A stretch of 64,000 nt of DNA from the human T2T-CHM13v2.0 reference genome, Homo sapiens. A program made the position numbers and the translations under genes. The notes beneath the pieces are model-generated. The model did no database searches. It was not told where the DNA came from and saw nothing but the letters and a program-made list of their open reading frames with translations. Each line of letters starts with the position of its first letter. Position 1 is the first letter of the stretch. Location: assembly GCF_009914755.1 (NCBI RefSeq), contig NC_060937.1; one strand, written 5' to 3'. Of this stretch, positions 14,109 through 27,791 are shown one piece after another.

Positions 14109-14210
14109 AAAAGAGAAAGAAAGAAAAAGAAAGAAAGAAAGAAGGAAGGAAGGAAGGAAAGAAAAAGAAAGAAAGAAAGAAGAAAGAAAGAAAGAAAGAA
14201 AAAAAGAAAA
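13964..14210 (+). repeat. (GAAA)n/(GGAA)n/(GAAAA)n compound microsatellite from the Alu tail
   Basis: Pure purine tract seen directly. Confidence 0.95.
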
Positions 14211-15198
14211 TTCTTCTAAATCAATAATCAAGAAATGTAATTGCCAATTTAAAAATCAAATATTATGACTGATTATATCATGTTTAGATTTATCTCACGT
14301 ATCAGCAATTAATATACAAACATGATAAATTTAACAAAGTGACTCTTCTATAAGCATTAACAAGTTTTCTTCAATTAAATTTAGAACTTTGAAGGACAGT
14401 GATCCTAATAAATAATTATTATAAACTTATAAAAAGAGAATAGATTTTTTTTTACCCATTGATGTTTCCTGTAGTTGTCTTAATTCATGGATCTACCTGA
14501 AAAACTGTGGGTTAATTTTACCTTCTTATTCTGGCTTGAAAATTTTTAATGGAGCTGTTTTGGTGGTGTAACCCATTAAATGGTCATCAAAATGCATGAG
14601 GGAAGAAAAATGCTAGATGAACTATGAGTCATTGGTACTTACTAATTCTTCCATCAAAGCTTTTAAAGTGTTTACTCTCGTTCGAATAAAATCTACTATG
14701 GGTAAGAAAAATTTAAGTAGGATGTTTGTCCAGAGAAATTTGAGTCTAAATGCACAATTAAATTACCACTTAGTAGCAAAATTTATTATTTGAAATATCT
14801 TCCAAATATCTGTGAAAATGAATGACAAATCTTATCACATTCTAACTCCCGAAGATTTTTTAATAGCACATGTTTGAGATATAATCACTGTTTGAAGTTG
14901 TAATCTAAATGCTTTTAACTTTGTCATTACTGTTGTAGTTTCACTGACTTGAAAAAAATACTTTAAAATAATGACTAAGGAGATTCTTCACTCCTACTAT
15001 TTCCCTGCAAGGAATAAGGACAGGGTGCTTGGTGCAATCACTCAATAGATAAATTCTTGTTACATTAACAGTTTAAGTGAATAAAAGGAGACCCATACAG
15101 AAGAAGTAAAGTGACTCATAGAATTAGAATTTCCTAAGATCTACAAATTGATCTTATACTTTGAATAATACCATACCAACTTTTTGCATTTGTTTCAG

Positions 15199-15323
15199 GA
15201 ACTTTAAAAATTGAACTACTAATGTAAAAATAAGCCAGGAAAAAAAACAAGAGGAATGAAGAAGAGAGAAGTACCCAGAAACCACATGAAAATGTCCAAA
15301 TATAGAAGTGGACGTGACCAAAG
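15199..15323 (+). ncRNA. Candidate non-coding exon (unverified)
   Basis: Acceptor ctttttgcatttgtttcag|g and donor aag|gtgaat. Splice-site pattern only. Confidence 0.2.
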
Positions 15324-17328
15324 GTGAATTTCTTTAATTTGTCCAGAAAAATAAAGCATGTGTTTCTGGCACTGTACCAAACTTGTGTAGGTGTTACTCT
15401 GTTTGCCATTTTTGGTTGTATATATCTTGAAGATTCTTTTAAAGACAGTTCCATCCTCAAATAGGATAATTACTAAATAGATGCTACATTCAGAGGATGT
15501 TATACAGGAAAAAAAATGACAGAAATGCCTAGTATACCAGTGTAGCACAAAGAGAAGTGGATAAGTCTCTAGGGGAGGGGATGTGGCTGTTAGAGAAGAA
15601 AAGGTGAGTTAGCTGCGTTGAATTGAAGGGTGAGCTGAATATTGTGTGCAGGCAAAGAGCTAGGGAAGGTCTGTTAAGCAGGGACCACATCCGATGCAAA
15701 GGCCCAGAAGCAACAGCACAGGCTGCTTAGCAAGCTGCAATGTTTGCTGTGGATGGAGCACAGAGTCTGGAAGGAACATGGAGTACAGGTTGAAGCTGGA
15801 AGCCACGGAGGTAAAAGAAGGCATCATGTTTGGTACAGAAGGTTGTTTCAGTAAATGTCCTATTACCTTAAGACCACCCTCAATAAGGGGCAGAGATTCT
15901 AAGATTTAAAAAAATCACCTGAAACCCATAAATACACATCAGTAATTACAAACACACGTCAAACACTGAATTAATAAATATGTTTTCAGGGTGCGAAGAG
16001 ATGGTGTCACGAATAGCTTTCTCCTGGGGCACGACCTGGATTCTGTCCCAATCATGCTGCCAATACATTGGCAAACCAAACAAAAGTTTCTAGTTTTCTT
16101 ACTCTTTGTAAGTCACAGTGCTCTCTGCAGAAAGAAAGAATAATAATTGTAAACTTGGAGAAATAGCTTAAATGCTAAGCACATAATTATTACTTCTCTA
16201 AAAACCTTTGCAAGCAAGAGTAATCACCCAGATATTGGCAAATCTGAACAGTTCTGCCATTTCCAATGGTGTGATAGTGTTTAGCATCATAATTACAAGA
16301 TTTTTAGAGACGTATAAAGGAATAGTAATTACAAATTTTAAAAATATACTATACATAATTAAAAGTCAATACACTGCTGTTCACTCACATTTACTGTAAT
16401 AATAGAGTATGAACAGACAATACAATTGGGTCGAAAGGGATGTTCTCTGAGAGCTAGGACATCCGGAATGAAGTCTTGGTTGATGGCCTTCTAGAGTATA
16501 ATGATAAGGTGGCAAGTGCTGGTTACATATGTCTTCAAATCGCGGGGACTGAGTAGATGCTATCCTTTACCACGTACAACCAGTCACCTTGGATCATGGC
16601 TGAGAGGCATGAAAAATTCTTTTAAATCCCTGATTTTCTCTAGTGTTCCATAATTAAATCACATAAAATCTGGCATGAGAAAATTTAATACATTTCTAAG
16701 AAATAATTGACTTGGAGAAACAATAAAAAAACTGAATATGGTAGTCTCTGCCCTAGAACTTAGATTGTAGGCATTGCCTTGGGCTACAGAGTATTGAATG
16801 TGTGTACCTAGCTCAAGAATAACGGATCGGGATTCAGAGATGAGATGTCTGTGGGGAGTGGTAGATGATAAGAGATGTTGAATCCAACTGTTAAGCTTTA
16901 TTTTTATGATCTGAGCCAATTTTTTTTTTCAGCTTATGTTCTTATGCATTGACACACTGATGTAGGCCGCCATAATAAAGCCTGTTAATATCTGGAATTT
17001 TATTCCAGGAAATATTGGTCTGTGTTTTTGGAAGTCACTTCTGTCTGTAAGACCTCTTGCAATTAGGATTAAATCTTCCCACGTTAAAGATTATCATTGT
17101 CCAGAGGCAAACAACTGGTGTTATTTAAAGGGAATACGAATTATTGACCTCAAAATATGAGCTTACCACACTCAAAGACAGCCAGAATATTAGAAGTTTC
17201 AGATTACAGAGTGAGGCTTTTAAGAGGAATATTTTGCAGCATGTATTTCAACAATCACCCATACCCTAGGATCCTTCTGTGTTTGGCTGAGTTCAGAGAT
17301 TCTGCTCATCAGTTTTTGAAGACATGTA

Positions 17329-17410
17329 TTATAGGTTGGTGCAAAAGTTATTGCGGTTTTTACTGTTGAAGGTAATGGCAAACACTGCAATTACTTTTGC
17401 ACCAACCTAA
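17329..17410. mobile_element. Full MADE1 palindromic MITE
   Basis: taggttggtgcaaaagttattgcggtttt...gcaattacttttgcaccaaccta; inverted repeats flanked by TA. Confidence 0.92.
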
Positions 17411-17792
17411 TAATTTAGTATATACACTATATATGTATGTCTTCATATATAGTATATATATGTAATATATTGTGTTATGTATAATAAAGAATAAGTATAT
17501 ATTACATAGTATACATACCATATTATATAGTATATGTAATATATACTACTATATATGGTAGTATATAATTATTACAAATTACATAAATATACAACATATA
17601 TCACATATGTAAGTTACGGACATGCCACTATAATTTAAAGAAAAGAAAAAGTGTTTCAAAAGATTATTTTAAAACATACCACTATAATCAATAATAATAT
17701 CAATGATAGTAGGTAACATTTTGAGTTTTTCATCTATGCCATATACTCTTCTAAGCTTTTTGAGTATTTTCTTTTCACCTTAAAAACAAACC

Positions 17793-18060
17793 TGTATACA
17801 TTTACCAAAACCCATCGAATGGGCAACACCAGGAGTGAACTCTAATGTAAACTGTGACATTTGGGTGATGATGATGAGTCAATTTAGGTTAATTGATTGT
17901 AACAAATGTACCCCCTGGCAAGGGATGGGGATAATGATGAGGGAGGCAGTGTGTGTGTGTGGAGGTGAGAGGGTGGGGAGGTGTATGGAAATCTCTGTAC
18001 CTTTTGCTCAGTTTTGCTGAGAACATAAAGCTGCTCTAAAAAAAATAAAGTCAATTTAAA
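17793..18060 (+). mobile_element. L1MC/L1MD-like 3' fragment inserted in a MIR (MIR pieces at about 17700-17790 and 18085-18220)
   Basis: gtgaactctaatgtaaactgtgacatttgggtgatgatgatgagtc...ggaaatctctgtaccttttgctcagttttgctg; flanking ccatctccattttacagatgagtaaaatgaggc. Confidence 0.75.
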
Positions 18061-18252
18061 ACCAAAACACATCATAAGAAGTTACTCTCACCATCTCCAT
18101 TTTACAGATGAGTAAAATGAGGCAGGGGAATGCCCAGCATCTTCCCTGGGTTCACACAACAAGCACTTGGTAAAGTTAAGATTCAAACTGGCACAGCCAG
18201 CTGCAGAGCTCACACTGGTCTGTATAAAGTAAGAAAAGACATCTATTCCCAT

Positions 18253-18613
18253 TGATATGGTTTGGCTGTGTCCCCACCCAAATCTCATCTTGAATTGTAG
18301 CTCCTGTAATTCCCATGTGTCATGGGAGGGAGCTGGTGGGAAGTAATTAAATCATGGGGGTGGGTCTTTCCCATACTGTTCTCGTGATAGTGAGTAAGCC
18401 TCACGATATCTGATGATTTTATAAAAGATAGTTCCCTCGCACACACCCTCTTGCCTGCCCCCATGTAAGATGTGGCTTTGCTCCTCCTTCGCCTTCTACC
18501 ATGATTGTGAGGCTTCCTCAGCCATGTGGAACTGTGAGTCAATTAAACTTTTCTTTATAAATTACCCAGTGTTGGATATGTCTTTACTAGCAGCATGAGA
18601 ACAGACTAATACA
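18253..18613 (+). mobile_element. THE1 (THE1B/C-like) solo LTR
   Basis: tgatatggtttggctgtgtccccacccaaatctcatcttgaattgtagc...agcagcatgagaacagactaataca; near-TSD cccat/ccaat. Confidence 0.93.
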
Positions 18614-18652
18614 CCAATCTAAAAATATCTATATCACTATACCCTTTCCTTA

Positions 18653-18970
<318 letters not shown>

Positions 18971-20299
18971 AATGATAAAAAATAAAAATAGTGGTGATGT
19001 TGACGATTAAAAATAATGCCTAGGAGTTATTGAATATTTGTCTTGAACTTCGAGAGTTCACAGATAAATGCCAAGTAAAAGACCCGTTTTAAAGAAATAG
19101 CCTGAAGAAGGATTTTCAGGTTTTGCAACTCCTTTTCTCTTTCTCTCTCTTTATCACTCTTTCTATGCCACATCATCCTTCCAAAGAGCACCCTACTATA
19201 TCCTGAAACCAGTAGCTTAAATAGCTGCTTAAATAACTACATAGAATTTTTTCATGAATCTGTATCTTAATAAATGTACCCTCTTTTCATACTGTTTGTC
19301 TTTTTATTAGAATTATATGCCAATCACTATTTTATCTTCATTTGATTTTGCAGGTGTTTTTCTCAGATAGCTGTCTTTCTTGGAATGTTGTCTTCCTCTC
19401 CAAGTTGCCAAATCCTAACCATCATAGAATCCCATTTCCTCCAAAACATCTTTTTCAATGATCTTGGTAGGAAAAGACGGCGCTCTTCTCTAAAATAAGG
19501 CAGCACTAATTGTGTGCCTCTGCCATCAAAAGCAACTTTTCATATTTCTCATATCTCCAGGTTGATGGTCTTGTATTTCTTTATGTAGGACATACTCTTG
19601 ACTCCACAGAGCTAGGTGAAGCAGGCAGCATATACAAAGTAGCCAATGTTTTAATACTGATTGAAAAGATTTCCTTTGGCAGTCACCGACAGGAACTAGG
19701 TATAGTGAAATTGCCAGGTAAACCAGGAGAAAGGAGGTTTCTGGGCAGCGTACTCATGTAATACTAAAAAATTATATTAGATTTAGATGGAAACACAGAG
19801 TAGTAAAAACAAATTATATCTTTTATAATTTAGTCATATTACATACAAAAAATATTTCCAGATGTTTGACTAATTAAAGGTACTGTGAATAAAACTTCAT
19901 TTTACTGCTCTAGGTTGCTTAATTTCCATAAGCAACAGAAATAAATAGTGAAAAATACTTTATCCTTCCATATGGAAAATCTAAATTGTCTTACATCTGT
20001 GGAAACCTTCGGCTAGATATAGGTATTTCTATTGTGCTGAAATCCTTTTCATCAGTGAAATTCATCCCTAATGCATTCAGATACATCTTATTCTTTTTTT
20101 AAAAAAAAGTTTATATTTTAGCACTGACAACTAATTCAAACTTTAGAAAATCAAGGCTCAAAAGCAGTAAAATATTTAACCTATTTTAGAGAAGTATAAT
20201 GGTAAACAACAGTTTACCTAAAGAAGCAGAATTGCATTTTTTTAAATCATTGCCTTACAGTTTCTCACGTGAGAATGGAAGTAAAGAACTTCCCCACGT

Positions 20300-20871
20300 T
20301 CAGCGCCATCCAGGGTGGAAGCCGAGAGCCCATCAGTCCACTGAGTCCTTGAAATGTGGGTAGTGAAGAGTTGCAAGTGGAAAACACAAAAGGAGAAAGT
20401 AAAATAGGTCATTAATAATATTTATGTTGATTATATGTTCATAGAGTATTATTTGGATATACTGGTTTAACTGAAACATACATAAATATTTGAGATGGAA
20501 TCTTGCTCTGTCACCTAGGCTGGAGTGCAGTAGTGTGATCTCAGCTCGCTGCAACCTCTGCCTCTCAGGTTCAAGCGATTCTCCTGCCTCAGCCTCCTGA
20601 GTAGCTGGGATTACAGGCACCCACCACCACGCCCGGCTAATTCTTTTGTATTTTTAGTAGAGACAGGGTTTCACCAGGTGGGTCAGGCTGGTCTCGAACT
20701 CCTGACCTCCCGCCTCGGCCTCCCAAAGTGCTGGGATTTCAGGCTTGAGCCACCGCATCTGGCTTGAAACATATTATTAGAACTAATTTATCTTTACTTT
20801 TAAAAATGTAGCTATTAGAAAACTTAAAATTACATGTCCGTCTCACCTTCTGTTTGTCCTGCACAATGCTG
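20300..20871. mobile_element. MER33-like hAT-Charlie relic interrupted by an Alu
   Basis: tttggatatactggtttaactgaaacata|Alu|tattattagaactaattt...aatgtagctattagaaaacttaaaattacatg. Confidence 0.65.
20488..20763 (-). mobile_element. AluS, antisense, tail eroded
   Basis: tgagatggaatcttgctctgtcacctaggctggagtgcag...gagccaccgcatctggc; TSD tgaaacata on both sides. Confidence 0.9.
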
Positions 20872-21899
20872 CTCAAGGCAGGAACTTCTAGGACGATTTC
20901 ATTAATCCCCCAACAAAATGTTAGAATTACGTTGGTCACAAAAGAACTCGATTTTTGCTGAAATGTACTAGCGCAAGGTTTCCCTCCATCTCATAACAAG
21001 AAACAAGAATGATTTATATTAGTTCGAACAGGAAAAAAAAAATAGAAAAAGAAGGAAAAAAGTAATTAGGGTTTAACCTTTAAATTACTTTTAATATATG
21101 ATTTTTAAAACATACCCACAAACACCAAGGCTTTCAGCTTTGGGCAGAAAAACTGATTTCGGGGAAAGATTGATCCCTTGTCCACCAACACAACAAGAGT
21201 GATAGTTAATAGAGGAAACAGATCAGCTCATAAGAATGCGCCTCCATGGGCACTCCAGAGCAGATGTTTCCTTCTGTGCCATGTTGATAGAAAACTGACA
21301 GGGGACATTTAAAATTCATTGCTGGGAGACCCTATATTATAATGAATCTCATTAATAGTAATTAGAATTTTTCTTTTCTCCCAAGCTACCACGGTCGATC
21401 CCTTCCCTTTTATAGGTCAAAAGAGCTTAAATGCTCTATAGTCCCTAAGAACTGGCAACATCATTTTGTTTCTTAAAACTATGTCATATATTTAAGCAAC
21501 TTTTACTCAGAAAGTGTTGATTTTCTTCTTGCCCGAGTGTCCACATTGGCCAGACATGGGCATATTGCAGGTTGTCTAAAGTCATGACTGGGAATGGAAA
21601 AGCATACTTGTCACAAAATCACCAGTGACTTTTCATCACGGTCACAGGCAGGTGATAGGTCAAAGCAGGCACTTCTCTTTGCTTGTCTGAGGAGCTCTCT
21701 TGGAATTCATTATGGAACATCATGACCCCTGCCCTGGGAACAATGCTGCGTAAAAATGGTGGGATGTGTATGAATGTAAATGGACAAGACGGACTGTTTT
21801 CTTGCACTAGGTTCAGCCTGGAACACTGCAATCTAATTACTCTTTGCTTGCTTTAAAAATGCAGACATTTGCTTCTGAGGCAGGAGAAGCTGAATCTTT

Positions 21900-22350
21900 T
21901 GGCAGGGACCTCGCAAGGTGGAACCCTTCCGTATCCACAGACCAGTAACAGGACGGGCATGCTGGCACCATGGCGGGGCACGGGAGAGCGCACGGGAGGG
22001 CACGGTACTAGAGAAGGGTTTCTGCTACATTACCCAGGAAGCCTGCCCTTCACGCGTGTCCCTGCCATTGTGCTGCTCCGAAACCGCACGGCTCTCGAAT
22101 GTTAATGCCTACCTAATTATATATTTTGGCTTCCGTTTTGGCAATAGGCTGTACTTAAGCAAAATTTAGTACTGTCTTATGTGTTCCTACAGCTGGATAA
22201 TTACAAGGCATTTCGGTTTTCAGAGCAGGAAATTAATGATACGAAGATCAGCAGCTAAAGGCAGTTGTTCTCTGCACTTACACGGACCTGCTGCTGGAAA
22301 CCACGTCAGTCTCTGCAGAAGACAGCCCCGAGGTGGAGGGGACAGGCGTA
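21900..22350. promoter_or_regulatory. CpG-enriched unique segment, candidate enhancer/promoter
   Basis: About 20 CpGs counted by eye in ~450 bp of non-repeat DNA within an AT-rich, CpG-poor context. Confidence 0.35.
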
Positions 22351-23599
22351 GTTTTGATTCAACTTCAGCATCAAAAGTTTTTTTTTTTTTTATGCTTTAG
22401 GTGGGTCAATGTAGGTGTCAAAGACAGTCTCTACAAAAAAACATTTCCCATAAAAAATTCTTCTGAATCCTCCCTAATAAATTAAGCAAATAAATTGAGT
22501 TCTTCAGTAGGGGATTGGCTGGGTAAGATTTTGGCAAGGCTAAAAGCCAGGAAAGTGTAACTCCCAGTATTCAAAATCTCCTGATTGAGGGAACAGATTA
22601 TAAAACATTAAAGACTGAAACATATAACAGAGGAGTTATTAAAATGTTTCACTTCTGACAATAAATAACTCTAAGCAGAGATGACGTAAAATCCTGTAAA
22701 TCAGAGAAATTTGGGGCTGCCCTGGGTCCCTGGTTGCTCTCAATAATCTCATGGTATGAAAATCCCAGAGTTGGTACACTCAGGACTTTTTGCAACATAG
22801 AAAACCGGCTTTTTAGATGTAATTATTATATTATCAATATTCTGTATATCAAAACCTTTAATATATAAGTTGAAACTCTTAGCTAATGTCCAGCACAGAA
22901 AAAAAGAAAAGAGAGAGAGAGAGGGAGCTCATATGAGTCACAAATTGTGCTCCACCTTGCAATTCCATTTCCAGATCAGCAACTGAAATAGATTGCTTGG
23001 CCTCGATACTAAATCTTTAGAAAATGAGACCTGTTTGTATTGAAAATGCTTTAAATTTCGCAGGTCAGAATCAGGATCATGAAATACTCCATATGGTCAC
23101 AGGTGAAAATATTCTGAAAGAAAGCCTGTATTAGGCAAAATAAAGTCCACATATGAATAAAGATCCTTGAACTTAGCAGAGGAAGACAAACACATGATTA
23201 TAAACACATGTATTCATATTCTTTCTGAATGAAGAAGGGACTTGGCCTTTGTCATTTTGCATTTGGCCTTGACATCTATGGAAGGAGAGACAATGGTTAT
23301 TACTGCAAATTCTTCCAAAGCAATGAAAGAAGGCCTGGCTCTGCAGAGGGTAATAGATCCTCGCAGGGCTTCCCTGGGCCTTCTGCTTTTGGATGAGGAG
23401 AGCAACAGTGCCCAAAGCTGCCCCTTGCCTATCTCAAAATGCTTCCTTCCTTTCTTTTATTAAAAAAACACGTGTTCAGATGTGAGTCTGTTTGTGTGTG
23501 AGTATGTGCGTGTACCCAGCTTTTGATTCAGAGGGATATGAATCCACATCATAACTCCATCCCCACTAGGTCTGTCTAGATCCTCAGAGATCACACTTC

Positions 23600-23870
23600 A
23601 TGCTGTGTTAGCCCCTCCAGGAGGGCTTGTTACACTACAATCGTTGGGCCCACCTGCAGAGTTTCTGATTCACTAGGTCTGGGGAGGGTCTGAGAATTCG
23701 AATTTCTGGAAATTTCCCAGTTGATGCTAATGCCGCTGGCGTGGGACAATGGAAACTCTGTCTTTCGTAAAATGGGAGAACCTATCCCTCCTGGTAGAGT
23801 GGTTGTCAGGAATAAGGTATGTAAAGCCTCCAGCACAGTGCCAGATAAAATAAATAAGTGAATAACCACC
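23600..23870. mobile_element. MER5A fragment followed by a MIR fragment
   Basis: tgggcccacctgcagagtttctgattcactaggtctggggagggtctgagaatt (MER5A); cgtaaaatgggagaacctatccctcctggtagagtggttgtcagg (MIR). Confidence 0.7.
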
Positions 23871-23877
23871 AGCTATT

Positions 23878-24275
23878 TGTATCAGTTTCCTAGCGCTGCC
23901 AAAACAAAGGACCACAAACCGGATGGCTTGAAAAACAGGAATTTACTCCCTCTCAGTTCCTGAAGCCACAAGTCCAAAGTCAAGGTGCTGCAGGCTCAGG
24001 CTGTCTCCGCGCTCCTGGTGCTCACCAGAGACCTTGTTGTTTGGGGCTTGTGGTTGCGTCACTCCACTCTCCGCCTCCGTCACCATTTGGTGATCACCAC
24101 GTGTCCATACTTTCACAGGGCACTTTCCTCTTCTGTAAGGACATTGGTAATATTGGATTAAGCCCTGCCTGATGACCTCATCTTGATTACATCGGCAATG
24201 ACCTCGTACTTAGAAAGAAGGATGTATTCACAGCTTAGGAGTGAGCAGACATTTTTGGGGGACACGATGAGACCC
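23878..24275 (-). mobile_element. MLT1B/C-like solo LTR
   Basis: tgtatcagtttcctagcgctgccaaaacaaaggaccacaaaccgg...atgacctcatcttgattacatcggcaatgacc. Confidence 0.8.
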
Positions 24276-27200
24276 ACAAGGCTGCTACTATTTATGAAGC
24301 CAAGGAACATAAAATGTGTGTAGGTGTCTTCTCTACACACCACCTTCTCCTTCACTCCCCTTGAGAGTGTCATGAACGGAGAGCAGCCTCGGCCTGACGT
24401 GAGGCATTGGTCTAACCTGCTTTCATTCTGTGCTCACTGGGGTCTCTGATGAGTCAGGAAGAAAAGATAATTGGTGCATTGGTATCCACGTGTTTAAAGG
24501 GTGCTGCTTTTTCATCTCTATCACAACAAAGAAAATTAAGCCAATTTGAAGGGTGCCAAACCATATTCCATGGAAATGGGATACCTAGGAATTCTGTTTT
24601 TTATGACAAACCAGAGAAATAGTTTGAAAAGCAATTTCAGGTCATTTCTGAGACTTAAACGTTGTGATGAAGCTGTTTCAAAGATTGTTTTCAATATGTA
24701 CAAATTACTTAGTTCTACTCTATATGAGAACATAGGTATCATTTTCCAAAAGCTCTTACGATAGTTTCTTTCCTTTTATAATGAGGTTCAATAGTTTGTG
24801 TACCAGTTCAAGTTTCAGAACAAAGACATAGACAGATAGATCCATAGATAGATACATAGATCAATAGCTGGATAGTTTTGGTCTTTTATATGATGGTATT
24901 CAATTACACTGATTCCATTTTAAATGTCTCTTTACTATAGGAATTATCAGTTTTTAACTTTCCAACAAGCAAATAAGACATACTACGTAGTATTTTCCCA
25001 AATTATTTCATCATGGAACCCCTTCGTATAGTCTCACATAAAGACAAGAAGTCTTTAGGCCTTAAGTTGGAAGACGGCTGCAAACTGAACTGGATACAAG
25101 GGTGTTGCACCCTATCGCCATCCTTCAGTACTCATACTAAATCTAGAATTCAATATGTTGGCTTTAAAAACAATTCAGAAAAAAAAAGTGTTCAAAACAT
25201 AAAATTATCATTATCATAGTTCTCTCTCTTTGTACTTGGCACTGCCCTATGTCTTTGTTGTTCACTAGTGATCTATTTGAGAAAGTAGAGAAAATAAACA
25301 GTTGACAACTTTGCTCTTCATCTGCCACACGAAAAATACTTTCAGGTTTAAGATGAAGATTTCCAATCACACGAGCCTAATATTTTAAGATTCATCTAAG
25401 TTCTTTTGAACATTTCAATAGTACTGGTTTAAAATCCAATGTAAGTACTCGTCCTTCCTTGTGTTAAAAAAAAAAAAAAGAAAAGAAAAAAAACAATCTT
25501 TCACGGTAACAGCCTCACAGGCATGAAATATTGTAGCCCTTGATTAAATTTCGTAGCCTCTGATTGCATTAGAGCTGTGAAATATGGCTCACTCACTAGC
25601 TGCCAATGGATAGGTTGTTAATATATCTATACTGCTACTGTATTTAGGTATATCCAGATCTCTCTGTCTACTCATAGGTAGATAAATGGGGAACAGTGCA
25701 ATGACCATATAATACAGATATGTCAAAAAAAACTAAAAAAGAGAAATTCAATTACTTCCATAATCCTTCTTACATTTCTACTTTACATAATTCTTCATCA
25801 TTACAAGAGGCCACCGGTTCTTTAATTCAGTTTTCATTATTGACTGTCTTGCCATTGCCTGCTCATAATACTCCAATGCAGGCTACATACTTGGCTGCAA
25901 AATTCTAACACTTTCAAACAGAAGCTTTAGACTCTGCTTTCTACATAATCAACATGACCCAGATCCATCAGAATCTTTCCCTGTATTTGTAGCTCTAACC
26001 TGAACTACTGTAAGAAATAACTAAAGCCATGCCCAGCAGGCAAGTTATTACTTAAGGTACAGACTTCATAGTGTTCAGATCCTCATATTCCAGGTGCCAG
26101 GCACTTACCCAGTTGAAAAGAACTAGTTTAATGAACATATGAAAAGCAAATTAGAGCTAATGCAGTTATCCCAGCCATTGGGGGTAGCCCTCTGTACTTC
26201 CAGATGACATATAGACATACTCACAGAAAAAAAAAAAATTTTGATGTGCTGTAATGATAGATGGAATTTAAGTTTTGGATTTATCATAAAATATCTGCTA
26301 TATTGTCACATACTTATTAAGTCTAATTTCCCTGTGGCCTTGTCCCTGATCCCTGTTTCAATTTTTTGCTCACCTGGCCCTGGACTCCTATTTCTGCTCA
26401 GACCCATTAAGTCAATATTTCACACAAAGTGGTAAGGATGGGACTCATGCTACAAGGACACGTCAGCATCCATGTTTACCCCAAGCACAGACCCAAGGCC
26501 TGTGGCAGCAAGATTAATGCCACTCACAGCCTGAAATGGGAATGCATGCCTAGCACTTCCTTCAAGAGACCAAGAAACTATCCGCTAAGATATCCACCGG
26601 TTGGTAGGGAGTTCAAGGCAGAAAGGAGAAATCAAAGGTGTTGCAACGTGAAGGCAGGCCACAGCATCCCTTGCCTTTTTAAACTTTTAATCTATGCATT
26701 CCACTTAGTAGCATCAACTGAGAGCAAACAAGCTGAAATCTCTGTTGATTTTGGGAAAAAAGGGAAGGAATGATCAAATCACGTGTCTTGTAACTTCCAT
26801 CCAAGTGAAGAATGTCAGCCAGCACTTACATGGTCTTGTTCTTGTCCTCTGCAACAGGTGATTGTCTCCCCTTATGCCACCAAAGTTCCTCACATGGCAG
26901 TCTTTCTCCATGACAAACACTCTGCTTTCTGGGGTTTCCTTCTGTTGTCTCTTCTTAGAAAGCTTTCTGGGGTTTCCTTCTGTTGCCTCTTCTTAGAAAG
27001 CATTTGTGATGTTTCTAACATCTTACTGATGAAATTATGGCTCGTTGTGGTGCAGTTTTCCACTTTAGGGATATCAACAGAGTTGTCCTCTGGAGCTAAT
27101 GAGCAATCAGCATAGCCCAGATCTCCATTTTGCATTCTTGCCCCCACACTATCCACAACCCTGATTAGAGGAGCAAACACGTGTGCACTGAGTGTCTGCT

Positions 27201-27620
27201 GGAGTGAGCATTATGATGGGCCCTTAGGATCTGCCTGCAGGTACCTCATATCCTGGAAAAGTACCTCTTGCAAGAGCAGCCTGGGAAAGGCCAGAGGTCT
27301 CCTTAAAACTTCTTAGAAAGTTAAAATCATGATTCCAGTTCTACCTTTCTCACCAGGTAGCTGAAATAATCAACCACAAGAAAGATAATTACATTTAAAC
27401 CAAGTAATTTATAATCTATAAACTATTCCACTAATAGAATATAACACTTGTTAATATTGATCAGCAAAGCCAAAAAAAAAAAGGGGGAATCATAAGTGAG
27501 ATTTGACTAGAACTTGGCCTTGAAGGAATTGGTAGGAAAAAAAAGGGAAATAAAAAGAGGGAAACCCTAACCCTTTTGGCCAACTTTCAATTATGGGCCT
27601 TTTTCTGTGTTACTTAACAG

Positions 27621-27791
27621 AGCAGTGCCAGAGAGTAGACCCACAGACACGGAACTACGCAGGCCGTCTGCACCACTAAACGGAAATGGATGTGTGACCT
27701 GCAGCTGATCCATCAAACAGAACACTGCCTGAAGACAGAAAGCCGGAGAGTGTCTGCAAAATATTACCCCACCCCCGCCATTCATTACCCC
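27621..27791 (+). ncRNA. Candidate non-coding exon (171 nt)
   Basis: Acceptor ctttttctgtgttacttaacag|a and donor ccc|gtaagt; CpG-containing unique sequence; stops in all three frames. Confidence 0.4.

Noticed and set aside
19510-19761. 83-aa ORF with a possible acceptor at 19560
   Set aside because: It overlaps what looks like a degraded L2 tail and has no recognisable protein similarity.
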